The notes: a model not told the origin generated them from the letters alone. DNA of 64,000 nt from Actinomycetes bacterium (GCA_021796535.1 JAKABW010000001.1:128659-192658), one strand, 5' to 3'; counted from the stretch's first letter, positions 9,698 through 19,687 are shown. A program made the numbers and translations.

Positions 9698-10483
9698 CTA
9701 CCCCAGGGATCCTTTTAGCAAGGTACCTATGCCATACGTCACGGCACCCGTTACGGCACAGACAAAGAGCTGTCTGAGTGCCGAGAAAATGCCGCCTTTG
9801 TCGATCAGTTTACCAAGTATGAAACCGACAGACAGGGCTGCCACTACGGCCAAAACAACGCTTATCAGCACGTCTGTCCGTGAGGCTCCGCCGCTCAGAA
9901 ACGGTATCAGCGGTACCAAAGCTCCGACGGCAAAAGCGAGAAATGAGGATGCGGCGGCTTGTATGGGGGATCCCAACGAGTCCGCTTCCAGTCCAAGTTC
10001 TTCTTTGGCGTGTGTATCAAGGGCAAGCTTCGGGTTTGACATTATTTCTTCGGTAAGCTGTTCCGAGAGTTCGGGAGAAATGCCGCGTTTCCTGTAAAGC
10101 GCTTTCAACTCTTCCTTCTCGTATACGGGATTCAGCTCGAGCTCCCTTTTTTCAATCGCCAATTCCCGTTCAAAGCCTTCTTTTTGAACCTGCATGGAAA
10201 TCAACTCCCCTGCGCCCATAGAAAAAGATCCGCCCAGGAGTCCTATGACGCCGGCCAGGCGCACCACCCCGTGTCCCGGATATGCGCCGGCCGCTCCGAG
10301 CACCAGTGACAAATTTGAGACAAGGCCGTCACTGATGCCGAATACGGCGGCTCTGAGAGATCCGCCCCGCAGGTCGCGATGGGTGTGGGAAGGACCCGAG
10401 TGGTCTGTTTTAGTTGCTATGGCGGTGTCGAGTTTGGTCTCGGCTGTTTTTGTACCTAAGATGCTTTTCACATAACCAAACAT
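9698..10483 (-). CDS. VIT1/CCC1-family iron/manganese transporter
   Basis: AAVFGISDGLVSNLSLVLG, a central acidic helical region and C-terminal TM helices. Confidence 0.75.
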   Translation of the reverse strand: MFGYVKSILGTKTAETKLDTAIATKTDHSGPSHTHRDLRGGSLRAAVFGISDGLVSNLSLVLGAAGAYPGHGVVRLAGVIGLLGGSFSMGAGELISMQVQKEGFERELAIEKRELELNPVYEKEELKALYRKRGISPELSEQLTEEIMSNPKLALDTHAKEELGLEADSLGSPIQAAASSFLAFAVGALVPLIPFLSGGASRTDVLISVVLAVVAALSVGFILGKLIDKGGIFSALRQLFVCAVTGAVTYGIGTLLKGSLG

Positions 10484-10557
10484 ACCGCCATGCAGTCAAC
10501 GCGGACACTATTTTTAGATGACTTTATTATACAAACAGGTGTATAGAAGTAAACAAG

Positions 10558-10665
10558 GGCCCAATTTGAATCTATAGCCTGATTAATAAAAGCTACGGGC
10601 TTGGCCGGTATGGGGGGGGGATGACAACTGGCCCAATTTGAATCTATAGCCTGATTAATAAAAGC
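10558..10665. repeat. 36-bp direct repeat x2 separated by a 36-bp spacer
   Basis: GGCCCAATTTGAATCTATAGCCTGATTAATAAAAGC occurs at 10558-10593 and 10630-10665. The spacer contains a G9 run (10612-10620). Copy 2 encodes the last 7 codons and stop of the permease. Confidence 0.95.
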
Positions 10666-11951
10666 CCCCCCAAAGCGACTAAAAAAGTCGGCAAAGCAAT
10701 ACGCCAGGCATACTTTATGTAATTCATGCCGGATACCTCGGCATCCAGCCGCTTCAGGGTCGAGAGCCATAGCATAATTGCTAGGGAGCCTCCGGGAAGA
10801 AGCAGAGAACCTATGTTGGTACCCACCAAAACAGGCCAAAGGATATTGATTTTATCTCTGCCCAGCGCCGCCGCAAATCCGAGGGTGGATGGCAGGTTGT
10901 TTGCCAGGCTCGAAAACACTCCCGAAAGTACACCGGTTTTCACAACGGCCAAATTCGAATTCGCGGACAACAGGTTTTTGAAATGAACGTAGTGCTCAAA
11001 GGAAGAAGCCAGGACAGCCAGGGAAAATACGTTAACTGCTATACGGAGAGGAATATGGCGCCATGGAAAGCTTTTGGTGGCAATAATCAAAACAACATCG
11101 GCCCCCAAGGCGACTTCCCAGGGGGATCCGCCGATGAGAGGTATGAACGTGAATCCTGCGGCGGCCAGGATACATATGGCGCTGCCGAACAGCAAAATTA
11201 TTTTTTTGTTTTCGGGTATGACCGGACCGGGACCGACAGGGTCTTGCGTGAGAGCTGCGGTATGGGCGGTGGGGCTTGTGGAATCGACGCTTTTACCGTT
11301 CGGGATCTCTTCTTTGAAAAACTTTGTATAGGTGATGCGGTAGAAGAAAAATCCCGTCAAAACGGCCAGAATTCCGGAAATACCCAAGTGGTCCAAGAAG
11401 TCAATTTCGGTCAGATTAAATTTGGAAGTAAATATCAAATTGGTGAGGTTGGATATGGGTAAAAACAAAGACGCTATGCCCGAGAGCAAAGCGGGCTGGA
11501 CGGCCAATGCCAAAGGAGGAAGCCGCTTTTTTCTGGCGATGTCAACATAAATCGGAGTGAGAAGCACAACAGCGGTATCTAAGTTTAAAGTAGCCGTAAC
11601 GGTTGCGGCAAGCATCCATAGCACAAATAAGTCGTGTCTTTTTTTCAAGACTGCGGCGGCAATCAGGGAGAAAAAACCGAGCCGGTCTAAAAGAATGCTC
11701 AGCGGAACTGCGCAAAGGACAAAAAGTATGGGGCCGGTAAGCGGGTCAACGGCATTTGCGGAGCGTGGTCCGCCGATAAAGTGAAAAGCGACGGTGAGCC
11801 CCGCCAAAGCAGGTGCAAGTAAAAGCAAAGACAATTCGGCGGCAAGCAAAATTTTTTTATTGCCAAAGTACTCCCCCAAAGGTGTTTCGGCAAGTATTAA
11901 AGCGGCAACGGCGGCAATGAGAAAAAGTATCGCGAGCAGCTGATGAGTCAT
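10644..11951 (-). CDS. ArsB/NhaD-type (IT superfamily) permease
   Basis: 435 aa, polytopic, with segments such as NLDTAVVLLTPI and LPISNLTNLIF. Substrate unknown. Confidence 0.6.
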   Translation of the reverse strand: MTHQLLAILFLIAAVAALILAETPLGEYFGNKKILLAAELSLLLLAPALAGLTVAFHFIGGPRSANAVDPLTGPILFVLCAVPLSILLDRLGFFSLIAAAVLKKRHDLFVLWMLAATVTATLNLDTAVVLLTPIYVDIARKKRLPPLALAVQPALLSGIASLFLPISNLTNLIFTSKFNLTEIDFLDHLGISGILAVLTGFFFYRITYTKFFKEEIPNGKSVDSTSPTAHTAALTQDPVGPGPVIPENKKIILLFGSAICILAAAGFTFIPLIGGSPWEVALGADVVLIIATKSFPWRHIPLRIAVNVFSLAVLASSFEHYVHFKNLLSANSNLAVVKTGVLSGVFSSLANNLPSTLGFAAALGRDKINILWPVLVGTNIGSLLLPGGSLAIMLWLSTLKRLDAEVSGMNYIKYAWRIALPTFLVALGGLLLIRL

Positions 11952-12190
11952 GGCATATTATGTTTGATAGCGCTGTATATAGAATTTGCTATTTTGTTAC
12001 CCCTAGTTTACTCAGAACTTATCATTACGTTATACTTATAAGTCATTATTATAACGTGACAAACAGCTACACTTACTTTGCTGCGAATAACCGTTATGAT
12101 ACAAAGCATGCACTTAATGCTTTTCCGGTTCCGGGATCCGGTCAGCTACAGACATCACGGATAGCGGAAAGCATCAAGCCGGCTAACATT

Positions 12191-12889
12191 TTGGTGGTAG
12201 AAGATGACGAATCGCACAGGCTTGTTTTATCCAGGGCGCTTGAAAATGAAGGATATATCGTCGACAGTATAGCTGACGGCGAAGAAGCGCTTGCGTATTT
12301 GGGAGATAAAAATCCCGATATGGTTTTGTTAGATGTTATGTTGCCGCATTATTCCGGTATAGAGATATGTAAATACTTAAGGCAAAAAAATATTTATATA
12401 CCTATTGTAATGATTAGTGCCAAAGCAGAAGAAATTGACATAGTCCTTGGCATAGAAGTCGGAGCCGATGACTACGTTGTCAAACCTTACAGAATGCGGG
12501 AGTTGCTTGCCCGTGTCAGCGTACTGTTAAGGCGCTCCAACAGAACACAAAGCGAGATCAGGAAAAACAAGTCCGAAGAGATTTCAGAAGAAATACTGCG
12601 TGGCGGCGATATCGTGCTTGATCAGTCAAAATACGAGGTTTTTTACCGCGGCGAGCGCATAGAATTGCCTCTCAGGGAATTTCAATTGCTCAGGGAACTG
12701 CTTCTGGTAAAAGGCAGGGTGATCACACGTGACGAACTTCTTTTGAATATATGGGGGTTTGGCTATGAAGGTGACCCGCGTATCGTGGCGACACTGATCA
12801 GTAGATTGCGCTCCAGAATAGAGTCGGATCCGGATAACCCTGCTCATATTATTACAATCAGGGGAGTGGGATATAGGTTTGACGACTGA
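12191..12889 (+). CDS. OmpR/PhoB-family response regulator; orphan, with no adjacent histidine kinase
   Basis: Receiver domain (ILVVEDDESHRLVL, DMVLLDVMLP, PIVMISAKAEE, GADDYVVKPY) plus a winged-helix output domain (REFQLLRELLL, SRLRSRIE, IITIRGVGYRF). The start is uncertain: TTG 12191 or GTG 12194, otherwise the far-upstream ATG at 11960. Confidence 0.8.
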   Translation: MVVEDDESHRLVLSRALENEGYIVDSIADGEEALAYLGDKNPDMVLLDVMLPHYSGIEICKYLRQKNIYIPIVMISAKAEEIDIVLGIEVGADDYVVKPYRMRELLARVSVLLRRSNRTQSEIRKNKSEEISEEILRGGDIVLDQSKYEVFYRGERIELPLREFQLLRELLLVKGRVITRDELLLNIWGFGYEGDPRIVATLISRLRSRIESDPDNPAHIITIRGVGYRFDD

Positions 12890-12914
12890 GCAAACCAATA
12901 AAATTACAACTTAT

Positions 12915-12951
12915 ATGTAAATATATTTTAGTATATAAAATATATTTACAT
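12915..12951. other. AT-only perfect palindrome with 16-bp arms and a 5-nt loop
   Basis: ATGTAAATATATTTTA-gtata-TAAAATATATTTACAT lies 26 nt after the response-regulator stop. It could be a weak terminator or a protein-binding site. Confidence 0.7.
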
Positions 12952-13092
12952 AAATAAAGTTAATTTTTTCTCAAACCGTTTGATCGGGATTCAAAAACCC
13001 GCATTTTATGCTCAATGCTGTGGTGCTTGACGCGATACCGGCCGCAAATGCATTTCTATATTTTTACAGATTTAAATTAACGAATTTTTGAT

Positions 13093-13689
13093 ATGCTACC
13101 TATTGTGAGCCTATCCAACGATAATGACAATTGCGACACAGATAAATTAAAGAATGAATTCGTCGGAATTGTAAAGAGCAAGGGATACGTGAGGCAAGAA
13201 ATCGCTTTTCGGCTTTCATCCGGCGGATTCAGCCACGATTATGTGGATATGCGGAAGGCCCTGTCGGCGGGCAATGATTTAAAACTGGCTGCCCGTTATC
13301 TCCTTACGACACTTGAAATTGAGGGAATAGATTTTGATGCCGTGGGAGGCATGACAATGGGTGCGGATCCGATTGCTCATGCCGTCGCTATACTGAGTGG
13401 AAAATCTTGGTTTTCGGTGAGAAAGCAAGAGAAAACACACGGTACAAAACAGCGCATAGAAGGAGCCTCGGTGGACGCGAACACAAAAGTACTTCTTGTG
13501 GAAGATACGGTTTCTACCGGACGGTCGGCATTGGAAGCCTTGGAAGTTCTGAGAAACGAAGGTGCCCAAATTACCGCTCTTTGCGTGCTTTTGGATAGGG
13601 GCGTGGGGATGACGGAGAAGATGGCCGAGCAAAAAATTCGATACCTTTCTTTGCTTACGTATAAAGACCTTGAAATCGATCATCTATAG
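13093..13689 (+). CDS. pyrE: Orotate phosphoribosyltransferase
   Basis: Type I PRTase PRPP loop VLLVEDTVSTGRS. Size and layout match OPRT. Confidence 0.75.
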   Translation: MLPIVSLSNDNDNCDTDKLKNEFVGIVKSKGYVRQEIAFRLSSGGFSHDYVDMRKALSAGNDLKLAARYLLTTLEIEGIDFDAVGGMTMGADPIAHAVAILSGKSWFSVRKQEKTHGTKQRIEGASVDANTKVLLVEDTVSTGRSALEALEVLRNEGAQITALCVLLDRGVGMTEKMAEQKIRYLSLLTYKDLEIDHL

Positions 13690-13699
13690 CAAATAAAAT

Positions 13700-14896
13700 A
13701 TGGACGTATTGGATCTCTTCTTGGTTGTGATTGCGCTGTTTGCGGCGATTCACGGCTGGCGGGTAGGGGCTGTGATACAGCTGTTCTCGTTTATAGGTTT
13801 TTTGAGCGGCCTTGCTCTCGGCAGCTATGTCATTGCCGCCGTTGACAATCACATTGCCGGCGGCATCGCAAAAACATTAATCGCCGTGGCGATATTGTTT
13901 CTTGTGAGTTTGCTTCTTTCCGCCATAGGGAAACGCATCGGGCTTTACCTGGCGGCGATCATTGACAAAAGTAAGTCGGTGTCGACCGTTGATTCGCTGG
14001 TCGGGTCCGGAGTGGCCGTTGCCGGGACTTTGGTTGTCTGTTGGCTGGTGGCTTCCATTTTGGTACAAACCTCCATAACGGCTCTGACGGAGCAGATATC
14101 GGGTTCGCGCATCATGAGTGACGTGGAATCCGTCATGCCGCCGGTTCCCAATCAGTTTGCCGCCATAGACCGCTATCTTGTCAGAAACGGTTTTCCGCAA
14201 GTCCTGGTCAACGTGCTTCCCCAGCCGACGGGACCTCTTGTGCTCCCGAACAGACAAATAACGGACCGTCTTGTAAATAAATATGCGGCTTCGACTTTTA
14301 AGATTATTGCCCGCGGTTGTCCCGGAGTGGTCATCGAAGGATCGGGCTTTGAGGTAAAAGACGGTCTGATTGTCACCAACGCCCACGTCATAGCCGGTAC
14401 GGACAGTATTTTTGTCGAGTCGTTCAATCACAGGCCCATCCCAGTCCGACCGGTTTTGTTCGACCCCAAATTTGACTTGGCAATCTTGGTTCCCATGGTG
14501 CCAATCTCTGTCAAGCCGCTTGTCCTCGACCCCAATGAGGTGGAGCGCGGACAGCCCGCCGTGGTTTTGGGACATCCGGGCGGCGGCCCTCTTACTTACG
14601 GACCGGCAGCAGTTGAGTCGCGTTTTGTGGCTCAGGGCCGGGACATCTATGACAATGCCATCGTTGACAGGGTGGTCTACGAACTCGAGGCCGTCATCAA
14701 ACAAGGGGACTCGGGCGGGCCCTTAATCGGACCGGCCGGCGACGTATTGGGGGTCGTTTTTTCCCGTTCGACGGCCAACAATACCATCGGGTATGCACTG
14801 GCATCGCCAAAAGTATTGGCAAAAGTCAATTTGGCCGTGCGTGAGTTGGCGGCAAATCCTGCTCTGAGTGTCGGAACGCAGAGCTGCATTGACTGA
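13700..14896 (+). CDS. marP: CvpA-domain membrane-anchored S1 serine protease (MarP-like)
   Basis: N-terminal 4-TM CvpA-like region followed by a trypsin fold with TNAHV (His), DLAIL (Asp) and GDSGGP (Ser). This is the architecture of mycobacterial Rv3671c. Confidence 0.8.
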   Translation: MDVLDLFLVVIALFAAIHGWRVGAVIQLFSFIGFLSGLALGSYVIAAVDNHIAGGIAKTLIAVAILFLVSLLLSAIGKRIGLYLAAIIDKSKSVSTVDSLVGSGVAVAGTLVVCWLVASILVQTSITALTEQISGSRIMSDVESVMPPVPNQFAAIDRYLVRNGFPQVLVNVLPQPTGPLVLPNRQITDRLVNKYAASTFKIIARGCPGVVIEGSGFEVKDGLIVTNAHVIAGTDSIFVESFNHRPIPVRPVLFDPKFDLAILVPMVPISVKPLVLDPNEVERGQPAVVLGHPGGGPLTYGPAAVESRFVAQGRDIYDNAIVDRVVYELEAVIKQGDSGGPLIGPAGDVLGVVFSRSTANNTIGYALASPKVLAKVNLAVRELAANPALSVGTQSCID

Positions 14897-15024
14897 GACC
14901 GGCTTACCGGTCCGAATCTTTGTCGCCGGTGACGGTTTGAATGTTGCCGGGTTTTGGTTTAGGATCGTGATGAGCGTCTCATATCGATTGTTTCTGAGGC
15001 TTTACGGCAGATCTGAGGGTAATT

Positions 15025-16950
15025 GTGGCTTTGAAACTGGAAGACTATGCCATTATCGGCGATACGAATACGGCGGCACTCGTGGGGAGAGACGGCTCAA
15101 TCGACTGGCTGTGTTTGCCGAGGTTTGATTCCTCCGCCGTATTTTCCCGACTGTTGGGAGACAAAAATCACGGATTTTTCCGGATAGCTCCGCGGAGCAG
15201 CCCTCTGGAGGGGGAGCCCCTGCTTTCTTCGAGACGACGCTACCGCCATGACACTTTGGTTCTGGAAACGGAATTTGACCTCCCCGGCGGGAGCGTGCGC
15301 ATCACGGATTGCATGGCGATGGGGAACGGCTTTCCCCAGCTGTTGCGCCTGGCGGAATGCACTTCGGGATCCGTGGAAATGCGGATGGATCTCGTCATCC
15401 GTTTTTCATACGGCCAAATCACCCCATGGGTCAGGCGTGTCAGCGGTTTGCTGACAGCCATTGCCGGCCCGGATGCCGTTTCGCTGTGGACTCCTTTGGA
15501 AACGCAGGGCGAAGGCATGTCTACTGTTGCCGAATTCAATCTGAGCAGGGGGCAGAGCGTTCCGTTTGTGCTGAATTGGTACCCTTCGCATGAAAGCCCC
15601 CCCAAACCGTTTAACGCCAATTACGGAGTGGAGGAGACCGCTCAGTGGTGGGCGGATTGGTCTTCTTTGGCAAGCATTCCCGACAACAAGTACCGAGATC
15701 ACATCATGCGGTCTTTGATTACGCTCAAAGCACTGACCTATTCCAAGACGGGAGGGATTGTGGCGGCCCCCACAACTTCCCTGCCGGAATCACTCGGCGG
15801 CGAAAGGAATTGGGATTACCGGTACTGCTGGCTTCGCGATGCCACGCTTACCCTAAGTTCTTTGATGACGGCCGGTTATTATGAGGAAGCCATAGAATGG
15901 CGGGACTGGCTTTTGCGCGCTGTGGCCGGCGACCCGAAAGACATCCAGATTATGTACGGACCGGCTGGCGAAAGAGACTTGCGCGAGCTCACTTTGGATT
16001 ACCTCCCGGGTTACGAAAACTCAAAGCCGGTGCGGATAGGAAACGCCGCAGCCGGACAACTCCAGCTTGACGTGTACGGAGAAGTTATCGGAGCTTTACA
16101 TGAGGCAAGACGGGGACGTTCCGATCATTATAAAGAGGGATGGGATCTGGAACTGTCGCTGCTCGACTACCTGGAGTCGGGTTGGAGAGAGCCCGACGAA
16201 GGGATCTGGGAGGTGCGCGGTCCCAAACGGCATTTGACGCATTCCAAAGTAATGACTTGGGTTGCCATGGACCGGGCGGTAAAAAATACGGAACAGTTCC
16301 ATTTGGAAGGCCCCGCCGATAAATGGCGACAATTGCGCGATCGCATCCATGCCGAGGTTTGCGAAAAGGGTTTTGACGCCGACAGGGGTACTTTTACGCA
16401 ATACTACGGCTCCGAGTCATTGGATGCCAGTACTTTGCTGATCCCGCTCGTTGGATTTTTGCCGCCCAACGATAAGCGCGTTTTGGGCACGATAGAAGCC
16501 ATACAGAAAGAGTTGACTCACGAAGGTTTTGTGTTGCGCTACAGTACCGATACCGACCGCGGCATCGACGGTTTGAGCGGCCGGGAGGGGGCATTTTTGG
16601 CATGTTCGTTTTGGTTGGCGGACAACCTGGAGCTGGCCGGGCGACACGAGGAAGCGCAGAGCATGTTCGAACGCCTCTTGGGAGTGAGCAACGACGTCGG
16701 TTTGCTGTCCGAAGAGTACGATCCGGCATACAAAAGGCTTGTGGGCAATTTTCCTCAGGCTTTTTCGCATGTGGCACTGGTAAACACGGCCGCCGGTTTG
16801 GAAAAAGAAGGCTTTATACCGGGAGTAAACCATGCCGACAGGATAGCCGGAGTGAAAATACCCACATCTCATCAGCACAGAGGGAGAGCCGCCTTGGGGC
16901 ATAACAGGCATCCCATCCTGCAGTATTCACTCCGCAGACACCACAAATAA
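15025..16950 (+). CDS. Glycoside hydrolase family 15 (glucoamylase/trehalase type)
   Basis: GTG start. N-terminus LEDYAIIGDTNTAALVGRDGSIDWLCLPRFDS. Catalytic-domain motifs ERNWDYRYCWLRDA and EGAFLACSFWL. Confidence 0.85.
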   Translation: MALKLEDYAIIGDTNTAALVGRDGSIDWLCLPRFDSSAVFSRLLGDKNHGFFRIAPRSSPLEGEPLLSSRRRYRHDTLVLETEFDLPGGSVRITDCMAMGNGFPQLLRLAECTSGSVEMRMDLVIRFSYGQITPWVRRVSGLLTAIAGPDAVSLWTPLETQGEGMSTVAEFNLSRGQSVPFVLNWYPSHESPPKPFNANYGVEETAQWWADWSSLASIPDNKYRDHIMRSLITLKALTYSKTGGIVAAPTTSLPESLGGERNWDYRYCWLRDATLTLSSLMTAGYYEEAIEWRDWLLRAVAGDPKDIQIMYGPAGERDLRELTLDYLPGYENSKPVRIGNAAAGQLQLDVYGEVIGALHEARRGRSDHYKEGWDLELSLLDYLESGWREPDEGIWEVRGPKRHLTHSKVMTWVAMDRAVKNTEQFHLEGPADKWRQLRDRIHAEVCEKGFDADRGTFTQYYGSESLDASTLLIPLVGFLPPNDKRVLGTIEAIQKELTHEGFVLRYSTDTDRGIDGLSGREGAFLACSFWLADNLELAGRHEEAQSMFERLLGVSNDVGLLSEEYDPAYKRLVGNFPQAFSHVALVNTAAGLEKEGFIPGVNHADRIAGVKIPTSHQHRGRAALGHNRHPILQYSLRRHHK

Positions 16951-17099
16951 CCGAGTCCGGCCGGAGGCAGCTATTCGTAAGTCTGCAGTTGTCGACACAT
17001 GGATTTGGTTTTCGGAAATCAGGTCGGTTGCTTCGCTCTTTACATCGCGGCGTGCCCGGGCTATATTGGGGTCAATCAAAAATACCGGGGAGATATCAC

Positions 17100-18149
17100 A
17101 TGAAGGCCATAACCGTTACTCCGCTTGTCGAAGGATCTGTCGGATTGGAAGACATCGAAGAGCCCGATCCCGCATCGGGGTCCGTTTTGGTGCAAACCGT
17201 GGCAGTGGGCGTATGCGGCACGGATATCGAAATTACTTCCGGCCAGTACGGTTGGGCGCCCTCCGGCAGCAAGAAACTTGTTTTGGGTCATGAATCTATA
17301 GGCAGGGTATTGGAAGCCCCGGAAGGCTCAGGTTTTGTCAAAGGCGACTTTGTGGTGGGTATAGTGAGACGTCCGGATCCCATGCCCTGTTATTCCTGCG
17401 CGGCCGGCGAGTGGGACAACTGCCACAACGGCATGTATGTCGAACACGGCATCAAGGAACTCGACGGATTTATGCGCGAACGCTACAGAGCCGACGCGAA
17501 CGCTTTGGTAAAGGTCGACCCGGGATTGGGCAAATTGGGCGTTTTGCTCGAGCCCACCACCATAGTGGCAAAAGCCTGGGAGGATGTCACAAGGATAGGC
17601 AACCGCAGTCATTGGGAACCGAAGGCGGTCCTGATCACCGGAGCGGGACCGGTCGGATTGCTGGCGGCTCTTTTGGGACGTCAGGCCGGTCTGGAGGTAC
17701 ACGTTATAGATCAGGTGACCTCCGGTATCAAACCGGAACTCGTGTCTATGATCGGCGCCGTCTATCACGCGACGGACATGAAAGAGGCGGTGTCTTCTCC
17801 CGACATCATCATAGAGTGCACGGGTGTTCCCGCTCTTGTCTTCGAAGCCACTCAGCAGATAGGCACCGGAGGCGTGGTATGTCTGACCGGCGTTTCCTCC
17901 GCCGGGCACACCACGGACATAGACGTGGGACTTTGGAACCGTGATCTTGTTTTGTCAAATAAGGCCATAGTCGGTTCGGTGAACGCGAACAAGCGTCACT
18001 ACGAGGCGGCCTCCGAAGCTCTGAGCAAAGCTCCGAGAGAATTCCTGGAAAAAATGATTACCAAGTCTGTTCCGTTCACCGACTATCAAGAAGCATTTAA
18101 TCACGGTACGCAAGACGTAAAAGTCATAATTGAGTTTGCCGATATTTAG
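17100..18149 (+). CDS. Zn-dependent MDR dehydrogenase, resembling archaeal-type glucose 1-dehydrogenase
   Basis: GVCGTDIEI..LVLGHESIG zinc site and GAGPVGLL dinucleotide loop. ATG 17100 is preceded by GGGGAGA. Confidence 0.7.
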   Translation: MKAITVTPLVEGSVGLEDIEEPDPASGSVLVQTVAVGVCGTDIEITSGQYGWAPSGSKKLVLGHESIGRVLEAPEGSGFVKGDFVVGIVRRPDPMPCYSCAAGEWDNCHNGMYVEHGIKELDGFMRERYRADANALVKVDPGLGKLGVLLEPTTIVAKAWEDVTRIGNRSHWEPKAVLITGAGPVGLLAALLGRQAGLEVHVIDQVTSGIKPELVSMIGAVYHATDMKEAVSSPDIIIECTGVPALVFEATQQIGTGGVVCLTGVSSAGHTTDIDVGLWNRDLVLSNKAIVGSVNANKRHYEAASEALSKAPREFLEKMITKSVPFTDYQEAFNHGTQDVKVIIEFADI

Positions 18150-18175
18150 AGTCTTGTTTTGATTCGGTATCCGGA

Positions 18176-19642
18176 TCAGTACCTGTAGTGATCCGGTTTG
18201 TAGGGGCCGTTCTTTTCTATTCCCAGATATTCGGCCTGTGCGTCGGTAAGTTCGGTGAGTTTTACGCCCAACGCGTCCAAATGCAGTCTGGCAACTTTTT
18301 CGTCAAGCAACTTGGGAAGTGTATAGACTCCGACACTGTATTGCTCCGGTTTGGTAAACAGCTCTATTTGTGCCAAAACTTGGTTGGAAAACGAGCATGA
18401 CATTACGAAACTCGGGTGACCCGTGGCGCAGCCCAAATTGACCAGGCGTCCTTCCGCCAGCACGATGATTCCGTGTCCGTCCGGGAACGTCCAAAGATCC
18501 ACTTGCGGTTTGATTTCTGTCTTGACTATGCCGCTTGCTTTGGCAAGGGCGGCCATGTCTATTTCGTTATCAAAGTGACCTATATTGCAGACGATTGCCT
18601 GGTGTTTCATCTCTTCCATGTGTTCCAGGCGTATTACGTCACGGTTACCCGTAGCGGTGACAAATATGTCGATTTGATCCGCCACGTCTTCTATTTTCAC
18701 CACCTGGAGACCGGCCATGGATGCCTGGAGGGCGTTGATGGGGTCTATTTCGGTCACCATAACTCTGGCGCCCTGGCCTGCCAGGGATTCCACGCAACCT
18801 TTCCCCACATCTCCGTATCCGCACACCAAAGCCGTTTTTCCGCCTATCATGACGTCGGTGGCTCTGGCTATACCGTCTATAAGCGAGTGCCGGCAGCCGT
18901 AGAGGTTGTCGAATTTCGATTTGGTGACGGAGTCGTTGACGTTCATCGCCGGCCAAAGGAGCTCTCCCCGCTCAAGCATTTGGTAAAGGCGGTGGACACC
19001 GGTTGTCGTTTCTTCGCTTACTCCCTTGATGTTTTGTGACATGGAAACAAAACGGCTCTTGCTGTGTAGCAAAGAAGCGGCAATCAATTGATTGACAATA
19101 ACTTCTTCTTCTGACATCGAAGAGTTTGTTTCCGGCGCAACGCCGCTTTTTTCTGCGGCAACACCTTTGTGGATCAGCAGGGTTGCGTCCCCGCCGTCGT
19201 CCAAGATCATGTTGGGTCCGCCGTCTTCGGGCCACGTCAGGGCTTGGTCTGTGCACCACCAGTATTCTTCCAGAGATTCGCCTTTCCAGGCAAACACGGA
19301 AACACCTTTGGGGTTGTCGGCGGTTCCGTTTTTCCCTACGACAACGGCCGCGGCGGCGTGGTCTTGGGTGGAGAATATATTGCATGACGCCCAGCGGACT
19401 TTTGCTCCCAGCTCGGCAAGGGTTTCTATCAGAACTGCAGTTTGAATGGTCATATGCAAAGAGCCGGTGATCCTGGCCCCGTTCAAAGGCTTTTGTGCGG
19501 CAAATTCCTTTCTTATGGCCATTAAACCAGGCATTTCATGTTCAGCCAGGCGTATCTCTTTTCTGCCGAAGTCGGCTAAAGAGAGATCGGCCACTTTAAA
19601 ATCAAAGGTATTGTTTCCTGTATCCACGGCGGTCTCCGTCAT
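18176..19642 (-). CDS. ahcY: Adenosylhomocysteinase
   Basis: [32 protein letters not shown] loop GYGDVGKG and a C-terminal PYKPDHYRY. Confidence 0.95.
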   Translation of the reverse strand: MTETAVDTGNNTFDFKVADLSLADFGRKEIRLAEHEMPGLMAIRKEFAAQKPLNGARITGSLHMTIQTAVLIETLAELGAKVRWASCNIFSTQDHAAAAVVVGKNGTADNPKGVSVFAWKGESLEEYWWCTDQALTWPEDGGPNMILDDGGDATLLIHKGVAAEKSGVAPETNSSMSEEEVIVNQLIAASLLHSKSRFVSMSQNIKGVSEETTTGVHRLYQMLERGELLWPAMNVNDSVTKSKFDNLYGCRHSLIDGIARATDVMIGGKTALVCGYGDVGKGCVESLAGQGARVMVTEIDPINALQASMAGLQVVKIEDVADQIDIFVTATGNRDVIRLEHMEEMKHQAIVCNIGHFDNEIDMAALAKASGIVKTEIKPQVDLWTFPDGHGIIVLAEGRLVNLGCATGHPSFVMSCSFSNQVLAQIELFTKPEQYSVGVYTLPKLLDEKVARLHLDALGVKLTELTDAQAEYLGIEKNGPYKPDHYRY

Positions 19643-19687
19643 CTTTTTTGTGAAAAATCAAATTGTCAGAAAATATACTGCTGCGAG

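Noticed and set aside
10484-10643. A manganese (yybP-ykoY) riboswitch upstream of the VIT1-family gene.
   Set aside because: The likely 5' UTR is only about 45 nt, and none of the conserved four-way-junction sequence blocks are visible.
10558-10665. A 36-bp repeat, 36-bp spacer, 36-bp repeat arrangement as a minimal CRISPR array.
   Set aside because: There are only two repeats and no cas genes in 64 kb. One repeat forms the 3' end and stop codon of a permease gene, and the repeat has no typical CRISPR terminal motif. It is kept as a repeat finding, not called CRISPR.
10468-10839. A 123-aa ORF containing a duplicated NQAIDSNWA peptide.
   Set aside because: The duplication is just the translation of the 36-bp DNA repeat in a frame antisense to, and overlapping, the permease end. 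There is no independent coding evidence.
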